DNA from: a virus
Lineage: Duplodnaviria > Caudoviricetes
IMG/VR virus record: IMGVR_UViG_3300040985_002292
Coordinates: 1-25,744 of that record
DNA: 25,744 bases
Reading direction: 5' to 3' (one strand)
In this document: one piece after another, positions 1-8,278 of the stretch
How the letters are laid out: each line of letters opens with the position of its first letter
How positions within the stretch are numbered: the first letter of the stretch is position 1
Position numbers and translations under genes: made by a program
Notes under the pieces: model-generated
What the model was told of the DNA's origin: nothing
Seen by the model: only the letters and a program-made list of their open reading frames with translations
The model's database searches: none

Positions 1-619
1 GAGACAGACCGGACGGGGGCGGCGGGGGCAGCTTGGCGCCGGCGGGCTTGGCGGCGCCTCCGCCAGCACCAGCGCCAGCACCGGCGCCCGCAGGACCACG
101 ACGCCACGGGAAGGTGCGGGTGTCCTTGAGCTCGATGCCCTTCTCCTCGGCGGCGTCGTAGGCCTCCTTGGTGATGAAGGCCCGGACCTCGCCGTACGCC
201 TTCACGCCGGTGGGCACGTCGTCCGGACGACCGAGCCACTCGATGTAGGCGGTGCGCTCTTCCAGGTGCTCGGTGTTCAGGCCGAACTCGGCCATGTACT
301 CCTCGGTGATGCCGGCCGAGATGGCCACGCGCTTCAACGCACCGACCATGCCGTTGATCTTCTTGTTGCGGTCCTCTTCGCTCAGGGCCGCCAGCGCCGG
401 GGCGAGGTTGCCGCCAGCGTCGAAGGGGCACGAGCCGATCTCCTTGTTGGTCGACCCGTCGGCGAAGGCCATGTGGATGAAGTAGGAGAAGTTGCCCTTG
501 CCGTCGAGGACGCCGCGGTCTTCGAACTTCGTGATCTTGACCGGGTAGCGGCCGGTGCCGGGAGGGAAGCCGCCGGCGCTGACAGCTGCTGCGGTCTCTG
601 CGGGGATGTAAAAGGCCAT
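1..619 (-). CDS. Probable ssDNA-binding protein (DUF669/SSB-like), partial at the left edge
   Basis: Not in the ORF track. ATG at 619, open to the edge: MAFYIPAETAAAVSAGGFPPGTGRYPVKITKFED...GAGAGAG...KLPPPPPSGLS. The N-terminal PG.GRY.V.I pattern and position just downstream of a Sak4-like gene suggest SSB; the function is inferred. Confidence 0.55.
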   Translation of the reverse strand, partial: MAFYIPAETAAAVSAGGFPPGTGRYPVKITKFEDRGVLDGKGNFSYFIHMAFADGSTNKEIGSCPFDAGGNLAPALAALSEEDRNKKINGMVGALKRVAISAGITEEYMAEFGLNTEHLEERTAYIEWLGRPDDVPTGVKAYGEVRAFITKEAYDAAEEKGIELKDTRTFPWRRGPAGAGAGAGAGGGAAKPAGAKLPPPPPSGLS

Positions 620-642
620 TGGTGCACACTCGTGGTTTGGAT

Positions 643-676
643 TGCTGTTGTTGTTGGAGGTCGGATACTGCCGACC
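643..676 (-). promoter_or_regulatory. Leader element: hairpin GGTCGG-N6-CCGACC followed by CAACAACAACAGCA
   Basis: Inverted repeat 659-664/671-676; the 14-mer at 643-656 is identical to 1697-1710. Confidence 0.5.
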
Positions 677-683
677 ACAGCCC

Positions 684-1676
684 TCAATCTGAGGGAGGAG
701 GGGGAGGAGTCTTGCGTTTGGTGAGCGCCGCCGGGGGCGCGATGGGCTTGAAGAGGCTGACGCTGCGTTGCTTCTGAATGACACCGCGGGCGATGCCGTC
801 CTGAATCGCCCAGCGGATGTGCAGCTGGGTGTCGCGCCCGCTGCCCTTGGCGAATTTGGAGGCCGCTGCGACACCAGCGTCGATGGCGTCCTTGAGCTCG
901 GCGCCAGAGCAGAAGCCGTCGGCGACGACATCAGCGATCTCGTCCTGCCATTCGAGCCCTTCGAGGCGCGACAAGCCGTAGTCCATGGCGCTCGCCCGGA
1001 GGAGCTCACGGACGTTGGGGGGGCTGCTCTTGTTGGCCACGCCGTTGCGGTCACCGGTGACCCAGGTGCTGTCCCAGGGGTCGACGTACAGGCCGCTCTT
1101 GACCCAAGGGTCGGGGTACTCCTGGTTGACCACCGCGCGGGCGTTGAAGTCGCACCACGCGGGCACACGGACCGCCTGCGCCTTGCTGCCCAGGGACGGG
1201 CCACCGGGCATAGAGGTGCCATCAGGGGACTGGCCGGGGGCCTGCTCGTGGGCGATGAGGAACACGCTCACACCGATGTGGCGCGACCGCTCCGCCATGC
1301 GGAAGAGCTTGTCCTTGAGCTCCTGGTAGGGGTAGAACTTGTCGACCCGACCCTTGTCGGTCAGCCGCGGGTTGTCGTTCCAGTAGCCGAGGCTGCTCTC
1401 GCACAGCGCGGTCATGCCGTCGACACAGACCTCGGGGTACTGCTCGAGGAGGCCCTCATCCTCCAGCATGGTCAGCAGATCGATGAGCTCTGGCAACGTG
1501 CGGATGGGGTGATCGTAGATGATGGGGTTGAAGCCCCATTCGTTCTGCGCGACGCTTCGGATTGCGTTCGCCCCCTCACCCGGAATCCATAGGGCGTTGG
1601 GAAAGGCGCTCGCGACCATCGAGGTCTTCATGCGCTTGGGCTGTCCGTAGACGATGCCCAGGACCTTGTCTGACAA
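684..1676 (-). CDS. Sak4-like (AAA_24) P-loop ATPase / ssDNA-annealing recombinase
   Basis: N-terminal Walker A-like YGQPKRMKTS, Walker B VCVDG, FLIAHE and GGP motifs. Start re-assigned to TTG 1676, 5 nt after GGAGG. Confidence 0.75.
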   Translation of the reverse strand: MSDKVLGIVYGQPKRMKTSMVASAFPNALWIPGEGANAIRSVAQNEWGFNPIIYDHPIRTLPELIDLLTMLEDEGLLEQYPEVCVDGMTALCESSLGYWNDNPRLTDKGRVDKFYPYQELKDKLFRMAERSRHIGVSVFLIAHEQAPGQSPDGTSMPGGPSLGSKAQAVRVPAWCDFNARAVVNQEYPDPWVKSGLYVDPWDSTWVTGDRNGVANKSSPPNVRELLRASAMDYGLSRLEGLEWQDEIADVVADGFCSGAELKDAIDAGVAAASKFAKGSGRDTQLHIRWAIQDGIARGVIQKQRSVSLFKPIAPPAALTKRKTPPPPPSD

Positions 1677-1680
1677 GGTC
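1662..1680. promoter_or_regulatory. 19-bp palindrome GACCTTGTC-T-GACAAGGTC over the Sak4-like start codon (candidate operator)
   Basis: Perfect 9-bp arms; shares CTTGTCnnACAAGGT with 11083-11097. Confidence 0.55.
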
Positions 1681-1696
1681 ACCTCCAGTAGTGATG

Positions 1697-1747
1697 TGCT
1701 GTTGTTGTTGTGTTGACCCGGCTGTCCGGGGCACGGAAAGTGTAACA
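1697..1747 (-). promoter_or_regulatory. Extended -10 promoter (TG-T-TACACT) with 5' hairpin and CAA-repeat leader
   Basis: Minus-strand TGTTACACT at 1747-1739; hairpin CCCGG-ACAG-CCGGG 1717-1730; CAACAACAACAGCA 1697-1710; located in a roughly 110-bp intergenic gap. Confidence 0.6.
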
Positions 1748-1787
1748 CACGCGCGGCGGAGGGCGGCCACCTTTTCTTCGACCTGGG

Positions 1788-2300
1788 TCAGAAAGGGATG
1801 ACCGCCGGCGGCGCCTGTCCACAGGTCACGCACCAGAGCTCCGGCTGGGCCGGGCCTCTGAGGTAGAGCCAGTAGTCGTGGTCCAGACTGCTCATCCACT
1901 GGGCGCCCACCAGGAGGTCGTGCTGCTTCACCATGTCCGCCATCGGGATGCCCTCGACCGTGCCGAGCGCCGCCTCCGCGATGCCCTCGAAGCGGGCCAG
2001 CGGCCGGCGGGTGCGGCGGTAGATGCGGTCGCGCACCGTGCTGTGCTTGAAGCCGTTCTCTTTGCAGAAGCGCGCCACGGTCAGGGTCGACTTGCCGTTG
2101 TTGCACTCGTAGCAGCTGGTGACGAGGTTGCCGGCGCCGTTGTCTCCACCGCTCTTGCGCGCCTGGATGTGATCGACGGTCAGGAAGTTGGCGTTGTCGG
2201 GCGCCGCCAGGAGCTCGGCCAGGGTGACCGAGCAGAACACGCAGGTCAGACGGTCGCGGAAGTAGATGGCCCACCGGCGCTTGGGGCGCAGCCAGGTCAT
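1788..2300 (-). CDS. HNH endonuclease (Zn-binding)
   Basis: RD.LTCVFC...TVDHI...GG.N..GNLVTSCYECNNGK. Start set at ATG 2300 (ATGA overlap with the upstream stop). Confidence 0.85.
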   Translation of the reverse strand: MTWLRPKRRWAIYFRDRLTCVFCSVTLAELLAAPDNANFLTVDHIQARKSGGDNGAGNLVTSCYECNNGKSTLTVARFCKENGFKHSTVRDRIYRRTRRPLARFEGIAEAALGTVEGIPMADMVKQHDLLVGAQWMSSLDHDYWLYLRGPAQPELWCVTCGQAPPAVIPF

Positions 2301-3280
2301 TCGGGGCTCCCGTACCGGCACCTGTCGAAGGCGCCGCATTTGCCATAGCGATGCCAGCAGAGCAACTCGCTCTGGGTCATCTCCCAGTCCGCCTGGGTCG
2401 CGCGGCCCTCCACCGTGTGCGCCAACATGTCGGCGAGGGCGTGGACCTTCTTGAATATCTGCCGAGGGAGGTGCTCATCCCGGTAGGGGGTGGCCGGCAC
2501 GAACTGCCGGCTCACACCCCACGGGTCGCGCCGCTGCACCAGGTTGAGGACGACGCCCCCGTAGTTCTCCAGCAGCTGCCGGCCGGCGATGCGGTTGACG
2601 GCGAATTGCCCGTCCATCGCGTACTGCTCGGCCCGGGACTTGCCGATGCCGCCCGCTGTGACCTTGTGGTCCCAGACGTACTCTTTGCCGTCCTGTCGGT
2701 GCTGCAGGCACGCGTCCCACCGCTTGGTCACCTCGATGCGGGCGCCGTGGTAGATCGACGGCACGTTGGGGTGCGGCTTCGGGAGCTCGGGGCAGTCGAC
2801 CAGGGTCGGCGTGGCGAGGTTCTTGTCAATCCACAGCCCGAAGGCGCCCTCGTGACTGTGGCCCAGGGTCAGCTTGGTCAACATCTCGACGCCGATGATG
2901 CGGTCGTAGATGTAGGGCTCGCGCTGTAGATAGCGTCTGTACAGCTCGAGGATGATGCCCAGGAAGCAGGCGGCCTCCACCCCCTCCCGCTCGCGGCGCC
3001 GGACCCATTCGCGCAGTGCCGCCTCGGGCTCAAGGAAGTGGTCAGGGTCGGCGACCCACTCGCCCTCGTACATGAACCCGCCCTGGCCGCAGGCGGCCCG
3101 AGCGTAGTGGTGAGCGAGGACGGTGTGGCCCATCGACCCCATGGTCAGGGGGTCGGCCTTGATGAGCTGCTGCTGCAGCACGTTGATGATGAACCACTTC
3201 TGGTCGCAGGCGAAGGCTGGGCCGAAGAAGCTCCACCCGGTCGGGCTGCGGCCGGTGTCGATGAGAATGGGGTCACTCAT
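2297..3280 (-). CDS. Cas4-like PD-(D/E)xK exonuclease with a probable Fe-S cluster
   Basis: N-terminal Cys (FACDQKW), GSMGH, RWD...WDHK, QFAVN, C-terminal CWHRYGKCGAFDRC (1+3 Cys staple). Start at ATG 3280 after GAGGG. Confidence 0.8.
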   Translation of the reverse strand: MSDPILIDTGRSPTGWSFFGPAFACDQKWFIINVLQQQLIKADPLTMGSMGHTVLAHHYARAACGQGGFMYEGEWVADPDHFLEPEAALREWVRRREREGVEAACFLGIILELYRRYLQREPYIYDRIIGVEMLTKLTLGHSHEGAFGLWIDKNLATPTLVDCPELPKPHPNVPSIYHGARIEVTKRWDACLQHRQDGKEYVWDHKVTAGGIGKSRAEQYAMDGQFAVNRIAGRQLLENYGGVVLNLVQRRDPWGVSRQFVPATPYRDEHLPRQIFKKVHALADMLAHTVEGRATQADWEMTQSELLCWHRYGKCGAFDRCRYGSPE

Positions 3281-3686
3281 GGTTGCCCTCGTCGATGTTG
3301 TCGGAGAGGAAGAAGTCGAGGCCAGAGACGGCGCCGACCTTGGCGATAGTGACGTGCTGGCTGCTCGGCTCGGTGCCGGGGTCGACGCCGATGACGTACT
3401 CCGTGGGCTGCGGCCACTCCGGCATCTCGGTGGTGTGAAGGCGGTGGATGGTGCGGCCACCCTTCAAGAGCGGTTCACGGATGATGCGGCCGATACGGTC
3501 GCCCTGGTAGGAGGGCGCAGGGAAGTCGAGGAGGCCGTCCAGCATCTCAACCTCCGTGGCTGAACGCGGCCCCGGCGCCCTGGAGAGGACCTTGAGCGCC
3601 TTCCAGAACTCGACAGGCGACCGGAGGCACGCGAGGTAGTGACGGTCTCGAGCCCGGCGCCGCTTCCTGCGCTGGTGGGAGTTCAT
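3273..3686 (-). CDS. Hypothetical protein with basic N-terminus
   Basis: ATG 3686 overlaps the RNase H stop (ATGA); MNSHQRRKRRRARD...; contains YVIGVDPG. Confidence 0.6.
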   Translation of the reverse strand: MNSHQRRKRRRARDRHYLACLRSPVEFWKALKVLSRAPGPRSATEVEMLDGLLDFPAPSYQGDRIGRIIREPLLKGGRTIHRLHTTEMPEWPQPTEYVIGVDPGTEPSSQHVTIAKVGAVSGLDFFLSDNIDEGNHE

Positions 3687-4192
3687 CGCACACCCCCGCC
3701 GGTCGCGCCCGACGCTCCGCGGGCCAGGGCATCGACGCGGTTGTTCAGCCATGCCTGAGCGGTGTTGCCGCTCTGATGTCCTCGTACCCACCTCGCCTTG
3801 ATGTAGACGCGCTTGGGAATCTTCTCGGCGAAGTGCTTGAAGATGGCCCGGATGTCAGCACGTTTGTGGTGGACCTTACGCTTCCGCTGCCAGCGGTTGA
3901 CCAGCTCGACGGCGCCCTTGTTGTCGCAGCGGACGCCGCACCCGGTCATGCCGTGCTCGTGCCACGCCTGCGACGCCACCCACACCCCGAAGAGGATGCC
4001 GTAGATTTCGGCGGCGAAGGAGTCGGCCCGGACCAACGCGGGCGGACAGGCCTGGATGTCTTCCAACCGCACAGGCCCATCGCTTGGGTCGAGTGTTCCC
4101 CAGATGCAACGAACGCCGACGTAGGCGCCGTTGCCGACCACGCTGGCGTCCGTGTAGACGGTGCACCAGTGGTCCCAGTTCTTCTCGCTCAT
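3683..4192 (-). CDS. rnhA: Ribonuclease HI
   Basis: Complete catalytic set: YTDAS, AAEIYG, RCDN, WVRGH, NNRVDALAR. Confidence 0.88.
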   Translation of the reverse strand: MSEKNWDHWCTVYTDASVVGNGAYVGVRCIWGTLDPSDGPVRLEDIQACPPALVRADSFAAEIYGILFGVWVASQAWHEHGMTGCGVRCDNKGAVELVNRWQRKRKVHHKRADIRAIFKHFAEKIPKRVYIKARWVRGHQSGNTAQAWLNNRVDALARGASGATGGGVR

Positions 4193-5211
4193 GTCAGACT
4201 CCTGACGCGCTGCATGAACCAGTCGCGGGCCGCCGTGGAGACCGCCTTGCCGACCTGCTTCCAGGTCAGCCCGCTGTCTTCCAGCTCGGTCGCAGACTCT
4301 CGCTTCACGTCCTTGCTGACCCAGCCGATGAAGCCTCCGGTCTTCTTGATGTCGGTGCCGTCGGGGCAGACGACGCCGAGTCCCTGCTCACAGCGAGCCT
4401 CCGTGACGAAGGCAGCCGCGAACGCCTCGGTACTGGCGAGGACCTCTGGCGCGACCTCAGCCGCAACCCTGGCCGCCTTTACGCGGTGCTTCTCGCCCTT
4501 CGCCTTGAACGCGATGCGGCCCCACGCCTCTCGGTCCATGAAGCCGACGGGGTACATGACCACGCCCTCGCCGATGCCGTCGACACCAAACACCTCTTTG
4601 ATGTACGGGTCACTGGCCTCGACTGACTCGACCATCCGGTTGCACTTGAGCGCGAGGCTGTTGACTTCGCCCTCGACGGCCATGTCAACGTCGATGGACA
4701 CGATGCCTTGCCAAGGAATGATATGGACGTCAGGGTGAGACCAGTCGCCCAGCCGGCTGGCGATGTCCTCGGGGTCAGTGCAGAGTGTCCGAATCCGCCA
4801 GTCGCCGGTCTCTGGGTCGATCTCGTCAGACGAGAACTCAAGGGCGAAGATGAAGAACTTCTTGCCGGGAATGGCCTGGACAGCCGTGCCGCGGTTGACA
4901 CCGGGACCCGCCCACTCTCCGTGAATGACACGGACCTTCCCCGGTCCATCAGGGACATGCCAGTCGACGGTCGACGCCCATGCCGCGAACCCGCAGTTGT
5001 CAGCGTCGGGCGTGATGTCTTGGGTCCGAGACTGGAAAGCCTCGACCTGCCTGTCGCGGAAGCGGACAGCCGCGTTCGTGCCATGGAGCTTGACCTTGGG
5101 TCGGTATGAGACGGTCGGCGGAACGGTGCCGCTGACGTCTCGCCACTTCCGAAGGTTGCGGATGACGATGTGCAGCCCGTCGATGTGAGGCCATTTGCGT
5201 GTTTTGCTCAT
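4189..5211 (-). CDS. ATP-dependent RNA ligase, Rnl2-like
   Basis: Nucleotidyltransferase motifs: I KLHGTN, Ia QSR, III GEW, IIIa FFIF, IV EGVV, V FKAK; helical C-terminal domain, no recognisable OB domain. Confidence 0.82.
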   Translation of the reverse strand: MSKTRKWPHIDGLHIVIRNLRKWRDVSGTVPPTVSYRPKVKLHGTNAAVRFRDRQVEAFQSRTQDITPDADNCGFAAWASTVDWHVPDGPGKVRVIHGEWAGPGVNRGTAVQAIPGKKFFIFALEFSSDEIDPETGDWRIRTLCTDPEDIASRLGDWSHPDVHIIPWQGIVSIDVDMAVEGEVNSLALKCNRMVESVEASDPYIKEVFGVDGIGEGVVMYPVGFMDREAWGRIAFKAKGEKHRVKAARVAAEVAPEVLASTEAFAAAFVTEARCEQGLGVVCPDGTDIKKTGGFIGWVSKDVKRESATELEDSGLTWKQVGKAVSTAARDWFMQRVRSLT

Positions 5212-7991
5212 GCTGTTGCTCCGAATAGTGTTGTCAGGATCGACGCCCGCATGGCGTCGTGGTTGTCCAGGCCCAGGAGCTTGTCATCGAGATTTTTATA
5301 CTGCTCAGCTTCAAGGTACTCCTTGATTGGTCCCATCTTGTCGGCGAGGATGCCCGCCACCTTCTCGTCGTAGGTGCGCTTGGCCAGGATGACCTTGAGC
5401 AGCGTGGCCACGCCGCCGAGCCGGTCGAAGCGGCCCTTCCACTGCTCGAAGTCGCCGGGGCGCCAGGGCAGCATCGCGAAGATGGCGAGCGACGCGGTCT
5501 GCAGCCCGTCCACCGACTCGCCGAAGGCCTGCCCGGTGCCGATGAGGATGCACGGCCCCTCGCTCTCTCTGAAGCGGTCGACCATGTCCTCGCGGTCCCG
5601 CTCGTCGACGCCGCCGTGACCCCACCAAAGGTCGGGCATGACCCCGTTGAAGTTGCCCTTGGCGACCTCCTTCTTCAGCGCCTTCTCGATGAAGGACGCC
5701 CAGTCTTCGCAGTCCTGGCGACGCGCCGTGAACAGCACGACCTTGCCACCGCCCCGCAGCCCCTCGATCGCCTCCTCGATGATGAAGGTCCGCTTGCGGC
5801 TGGCGGCCTCCATCAGGTTGGCCTCGAGTGCCCGCTCCTTGTCGAAGGCGGTGCCCGTCTTGTGCGCCAGTTTCTCGGCCTTGGTGATGACGCGGCGGAA
5901 GGCGGCCGGGCGGTTCTGGTCTGACGGGTCGAGCCAGATGACCTGGGTCCGAGTCGGCGGAAGCTGCCCGTGGGACTCGGTATGGGTGACCTCCTGCATG
6001 ATGTAGGAGGCGCGCATCTTGAGCTCGGTGACGTTGCTGCTGCCCTTGTCTTCGAGCCCGCCGAAGTCGCCCGGCGTCGCGTCGCAGTAGCGGAACGCGA
6101 AGGGTCGGAAGCCCATACCGAAGCCGCCGGGCGCCAGGAGGTCGAGCTGGCTCCAGAGCCGCCGGGTCCGCCCGTCGTCCAGGGGGGTCGCGCTCAGCCC
6201 GCCGCGCAGCTTGATGGACGGGAGCCGGCTCATGTCCATGGCGGCCACCGCCCGGGTCTCGCGGGTGTCGGTGACGGTGCGCTTCTTCTTGAAGGAGACC
6301 TCGCCGATCTTGTCGAAGATCGGCGTCCACCGCTTGGCCTGCCCGAAGGTGTGGAGCTCGTCGAAGATGAGCGCGGTCGGCTCCAGGTCCTGAATCTCCG
6401 AGGTGTGGTCGGGCAGCGACTGTGCGCCGAAGATGACGAACTTGCGCGCCCGCCGCGCCTCCCGCGTCAGCAGGTAGTCGGCCAGGGTCTCGTCGCCCCG
6501 CCGCATCTGGCCAGCCGGGATGACCCGGTGCGGCACGATGGCGGTGTACTCTTGCACCTGGTCCCACCAGACCCGGCGGGCCTTGGCGGGCGCGATGATG
6601 CAGACGGGGCCCGGCCGGATGCACGCGGCGAGGATGGACACCAGTGTTTTGCCGCTGTTGTGGACGACAAAGCTGTTGGCGATGAAGTTGTGGTGGGGTG
6701 CGGCCATCGCGAGGTCGTAGGTCATCGCAGTACCCTTCGACGTGATCGAGATGATCTCGACGAACTGTCGACGGGGAGACACATGCCGCTTGTCTCCGTG
6801 TAGCCGCGCATGCGCCGCGACTGTGAGCACCTCGAGGTTCTCGGTTGCGTTGTTCTTGATGTCATGGTCCCGGTGGTGGACGTGCCAAACGCGGGGGTCG
6901 AGAAGCTCGAGACCATCAAGGTCGCCCGTGCACACACGGTTGATGAGCTCGTCGTAGGTCAAGCCGTTGACGCGGGCCTCGGCCACCAGCCGGTGGACAT
7001 AGACTGTCGCGTTCTCACGGTTGTCGCGGCCGCACCACCACGTCGACGCAAACGGGTGGTGGTGTAGGTCCGCTCGACCTTCTCGCGCGTATGACTTGCC
7101 GTACGACGGGCGGTTCCGCCGGAGAATCTCAGGCCACGCCCGCCTCCCGTGAGGCCACATCACCGCGACCTTGTCGCCCGGGGACAGCTCATAAAGGCGG
7201 CGCCAGCCTTTCGGTGTCCAGAACCGATGATCCTTGCTCGCCTTGATGCGCCCCTCCCCGCTCACGGTCTCGCCGACGTAGACTTCAAATACCTCCTTCT
7301 CGCCTGAGCAGACCGCCACGTCGACGGTGTTCAGCATACGGTGCCCCTGCTCATCCATCGACTGTACGCGGGTCGGTGCAGATGACCACCGCCGGCCCCG
7401 CGAGAGGCCCCCGTTGAACTTGCGGACCAGCTCGTCTAGCCGCAGCCGGAAGGCCTTGCCGCCCCGGTTGACGGTCAGCACGGTGTCTCCGGTCAGGCAC
7501 CCGCAGGGATAGACGAACTTGAAGAAGGGGCGAGTCGACGCCCAGTAGACCCCCCGGGCCTGGTAGTCGGTGATGAGGTCGGCGACGAAGGGGCGCACCT
7601 CGCCGGTGTCGATCATCTGCTGGGTGATGACGCGGCCATATTCGGCCATCTCAGCGAGCATCGCGGGGTCGTCGGGCCACGCGAAGATGTCGTCGACATT
7701 GATGGCGTGCTTGACCTCCCACTCGGCGCCGGCGGGTAGGTCGTTGAGCTCATGCTCGAAGAGCCACGCACAGTTGAGGGGGACGTAGCAGTCGTAGTAG
7801 TCGAAGATGTCGAGGTCGGCGGCCTCATCTTGGTCGACCATCTTCTTGAGCCGGTACCAGGTCCGGTCGCGGTGGAAGTGTCCGTAGGCCAGCACGCCCG
7901 GGAGCTGCCGCTCAAGGTCCAGCAGACGCTGGCCGATGAGACCTCTCGCGGTGAAGACGTACTGTGGCTGGTCCTTGAGCGGGCTGAACAT
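5208..7991 (-). CDS. SF2 (SNF2/DExH-like) helicase containing an intein
   Basis: Q-motif YQ, split Walker A (PCG|SGKT), DELH, SAT, GESVDGLQ, QWKGRFDR; 927-aa precursor, 646 aa after splicing. Confidence 0.9.
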   Translation of the reverse strand: MFSPLKDQPQYVFTARGLIGQRLLDLERQLPGVLAYGHFHRDRTWYRLKKMVDQDEAADLDIFDYYDCYVPLNCAWLFEHELNDLPAGAEWEVKHAINVDDIFAWPDDPAMLAEMAEYGRVITQQMIDTGEVRPFVADLITDYQARGVYWASTRPFFKFVYPCGCLTGDTVLTVNRGGKAFRLRLDELVRKFNGGLSRGRRWSSAPTRVQSMDEQGHRMLNTVDVAVCSGEKEVFEVYVGETVSGEGRIKASKDHRFWTPKGWRRLYELSPGDKVAVMWPHGRRAWPEILRRNRPSYGKSYAREGRADLHHHPFASTWWCGRDNRENATVYVHRLVAEARVNGLTYDELINRVCTGDLDGLELLDPRVWHVHHRDHDIKNNATENLEVLTVAAHARLHGDKRHVSPRRQFVEIISITSKGTAMTYDLAMAAPHHNFIANSFVVHNSGKTLVSILAACIRPGPVCIIAPAKARRVWWDQVQEYTAIVPHRVIPAGQMRRGDETLADYLLTREARRARKFVIFGAQSLPDHTSEIQDLEPTALIFDELHTFGQAKRWTPIFDKIGEVSFKKKRTVTDTRETRAVAAMDMSRLPSIKLRGGLSATPLDDGRTRRLWSQLDLLAPGGFGMGFRPFAFRYCDATPGDFGGLEDKGSSNVTELKMRASYIMQEVTHTESHGQLPPTRTQVIWLDPSDQNRPAAFRRVITKAEKLAHKTGTAFDKERALEANLMEAASRKRTFIIEEAIEGLRGGGKVVLFTARRQDCEDWASFIEKALKKEVAKGNFNGVMPDLWWGHGGVDERDREDMVDRFRESEGPCILIGTGQAFGESVDGLQTASLAIFAMLPWRPGDFEQWKGRFDRLGGVATLLKVILAKRTYDEKVAGILADKMGPIKEYLEAEQYKNLDDKLLGLDNHDAMRASILTTLFGATA
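6657..7499 (-). mobile_element. Intein (281 aa) with HNH homing endonuclease
   Basis: Block A CLTGDT, block B ASKDHRF, block F TYDL, block G VVHN followed by Ser; internal YVHRLVAEA...VHHRDHDIKNNATENL...H. Confidence 0.93.
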
Positions 7992-8278
7992 CAGGGCTCC
8001 TCGGCGCCGGGTTCACTCGCCCCGCCACACTTGGGGCACGGCGTGTTGGGCTCAGCGGTGAAGCGGTGGGAGCACTCGAAGCAGATGAGGTGCGCCTCGT
8101 GCGGCACCGCGGCGTCGGCGGCCTGCAGCCGGGCATTCCGCGTCGCGTGAAACCTCACGCGCCGCGCCTCCTCCTCGGGCCAGCGGGCACAGATGCCGCA
8201 GTTCCCGTCGCCGTCGTCGTCGATGCCGACGAGACAGCGGGGGCAGGGTCGGGTGAGATCGCGCTTGGGCTCAGTCAT
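7991..8278 (-). CDS. Small Zn-finger protein
   Basis: Four CxxC motifs (CPRC, CGIC, CFEC, CPKC); coupled to both neighbours. Confidence 0.7.
   Translation of the reverse strand: MTEPKRDLTRPCPRCLVGIDDDGDGNCGICARWPEEEARRVRFHATRNARLQAADAAVPHEAHLICFECSHRFTAEPNTPCPKCGGASEPGAEEP

Noticed and set aside
60-95. GCCAGCACC-type short tandem repeats
   Set aside because: They encode the Gly-Ala linker of the SSB-like protein.
1677-1748. N-terminal extensions in the ORF track (also 3281-3460, 10983-11108, 19858-19923, 25420-25560)
   Set aside because: They run through promoters, leaders or upstream genes; RBS position and stop-start coupling support the shorter starts.
2297-3280. Cas4-like gene as part of a CRISPR-Cas locus
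   Set aside because: No repeat-spacer array or other cas genes seen; the context is phage recombination.
5311-6624. 437-aa alternative-frame minus ORF
   Set aside because: Arg/Gly/Pro-rich off-frame product nested in the helicase.
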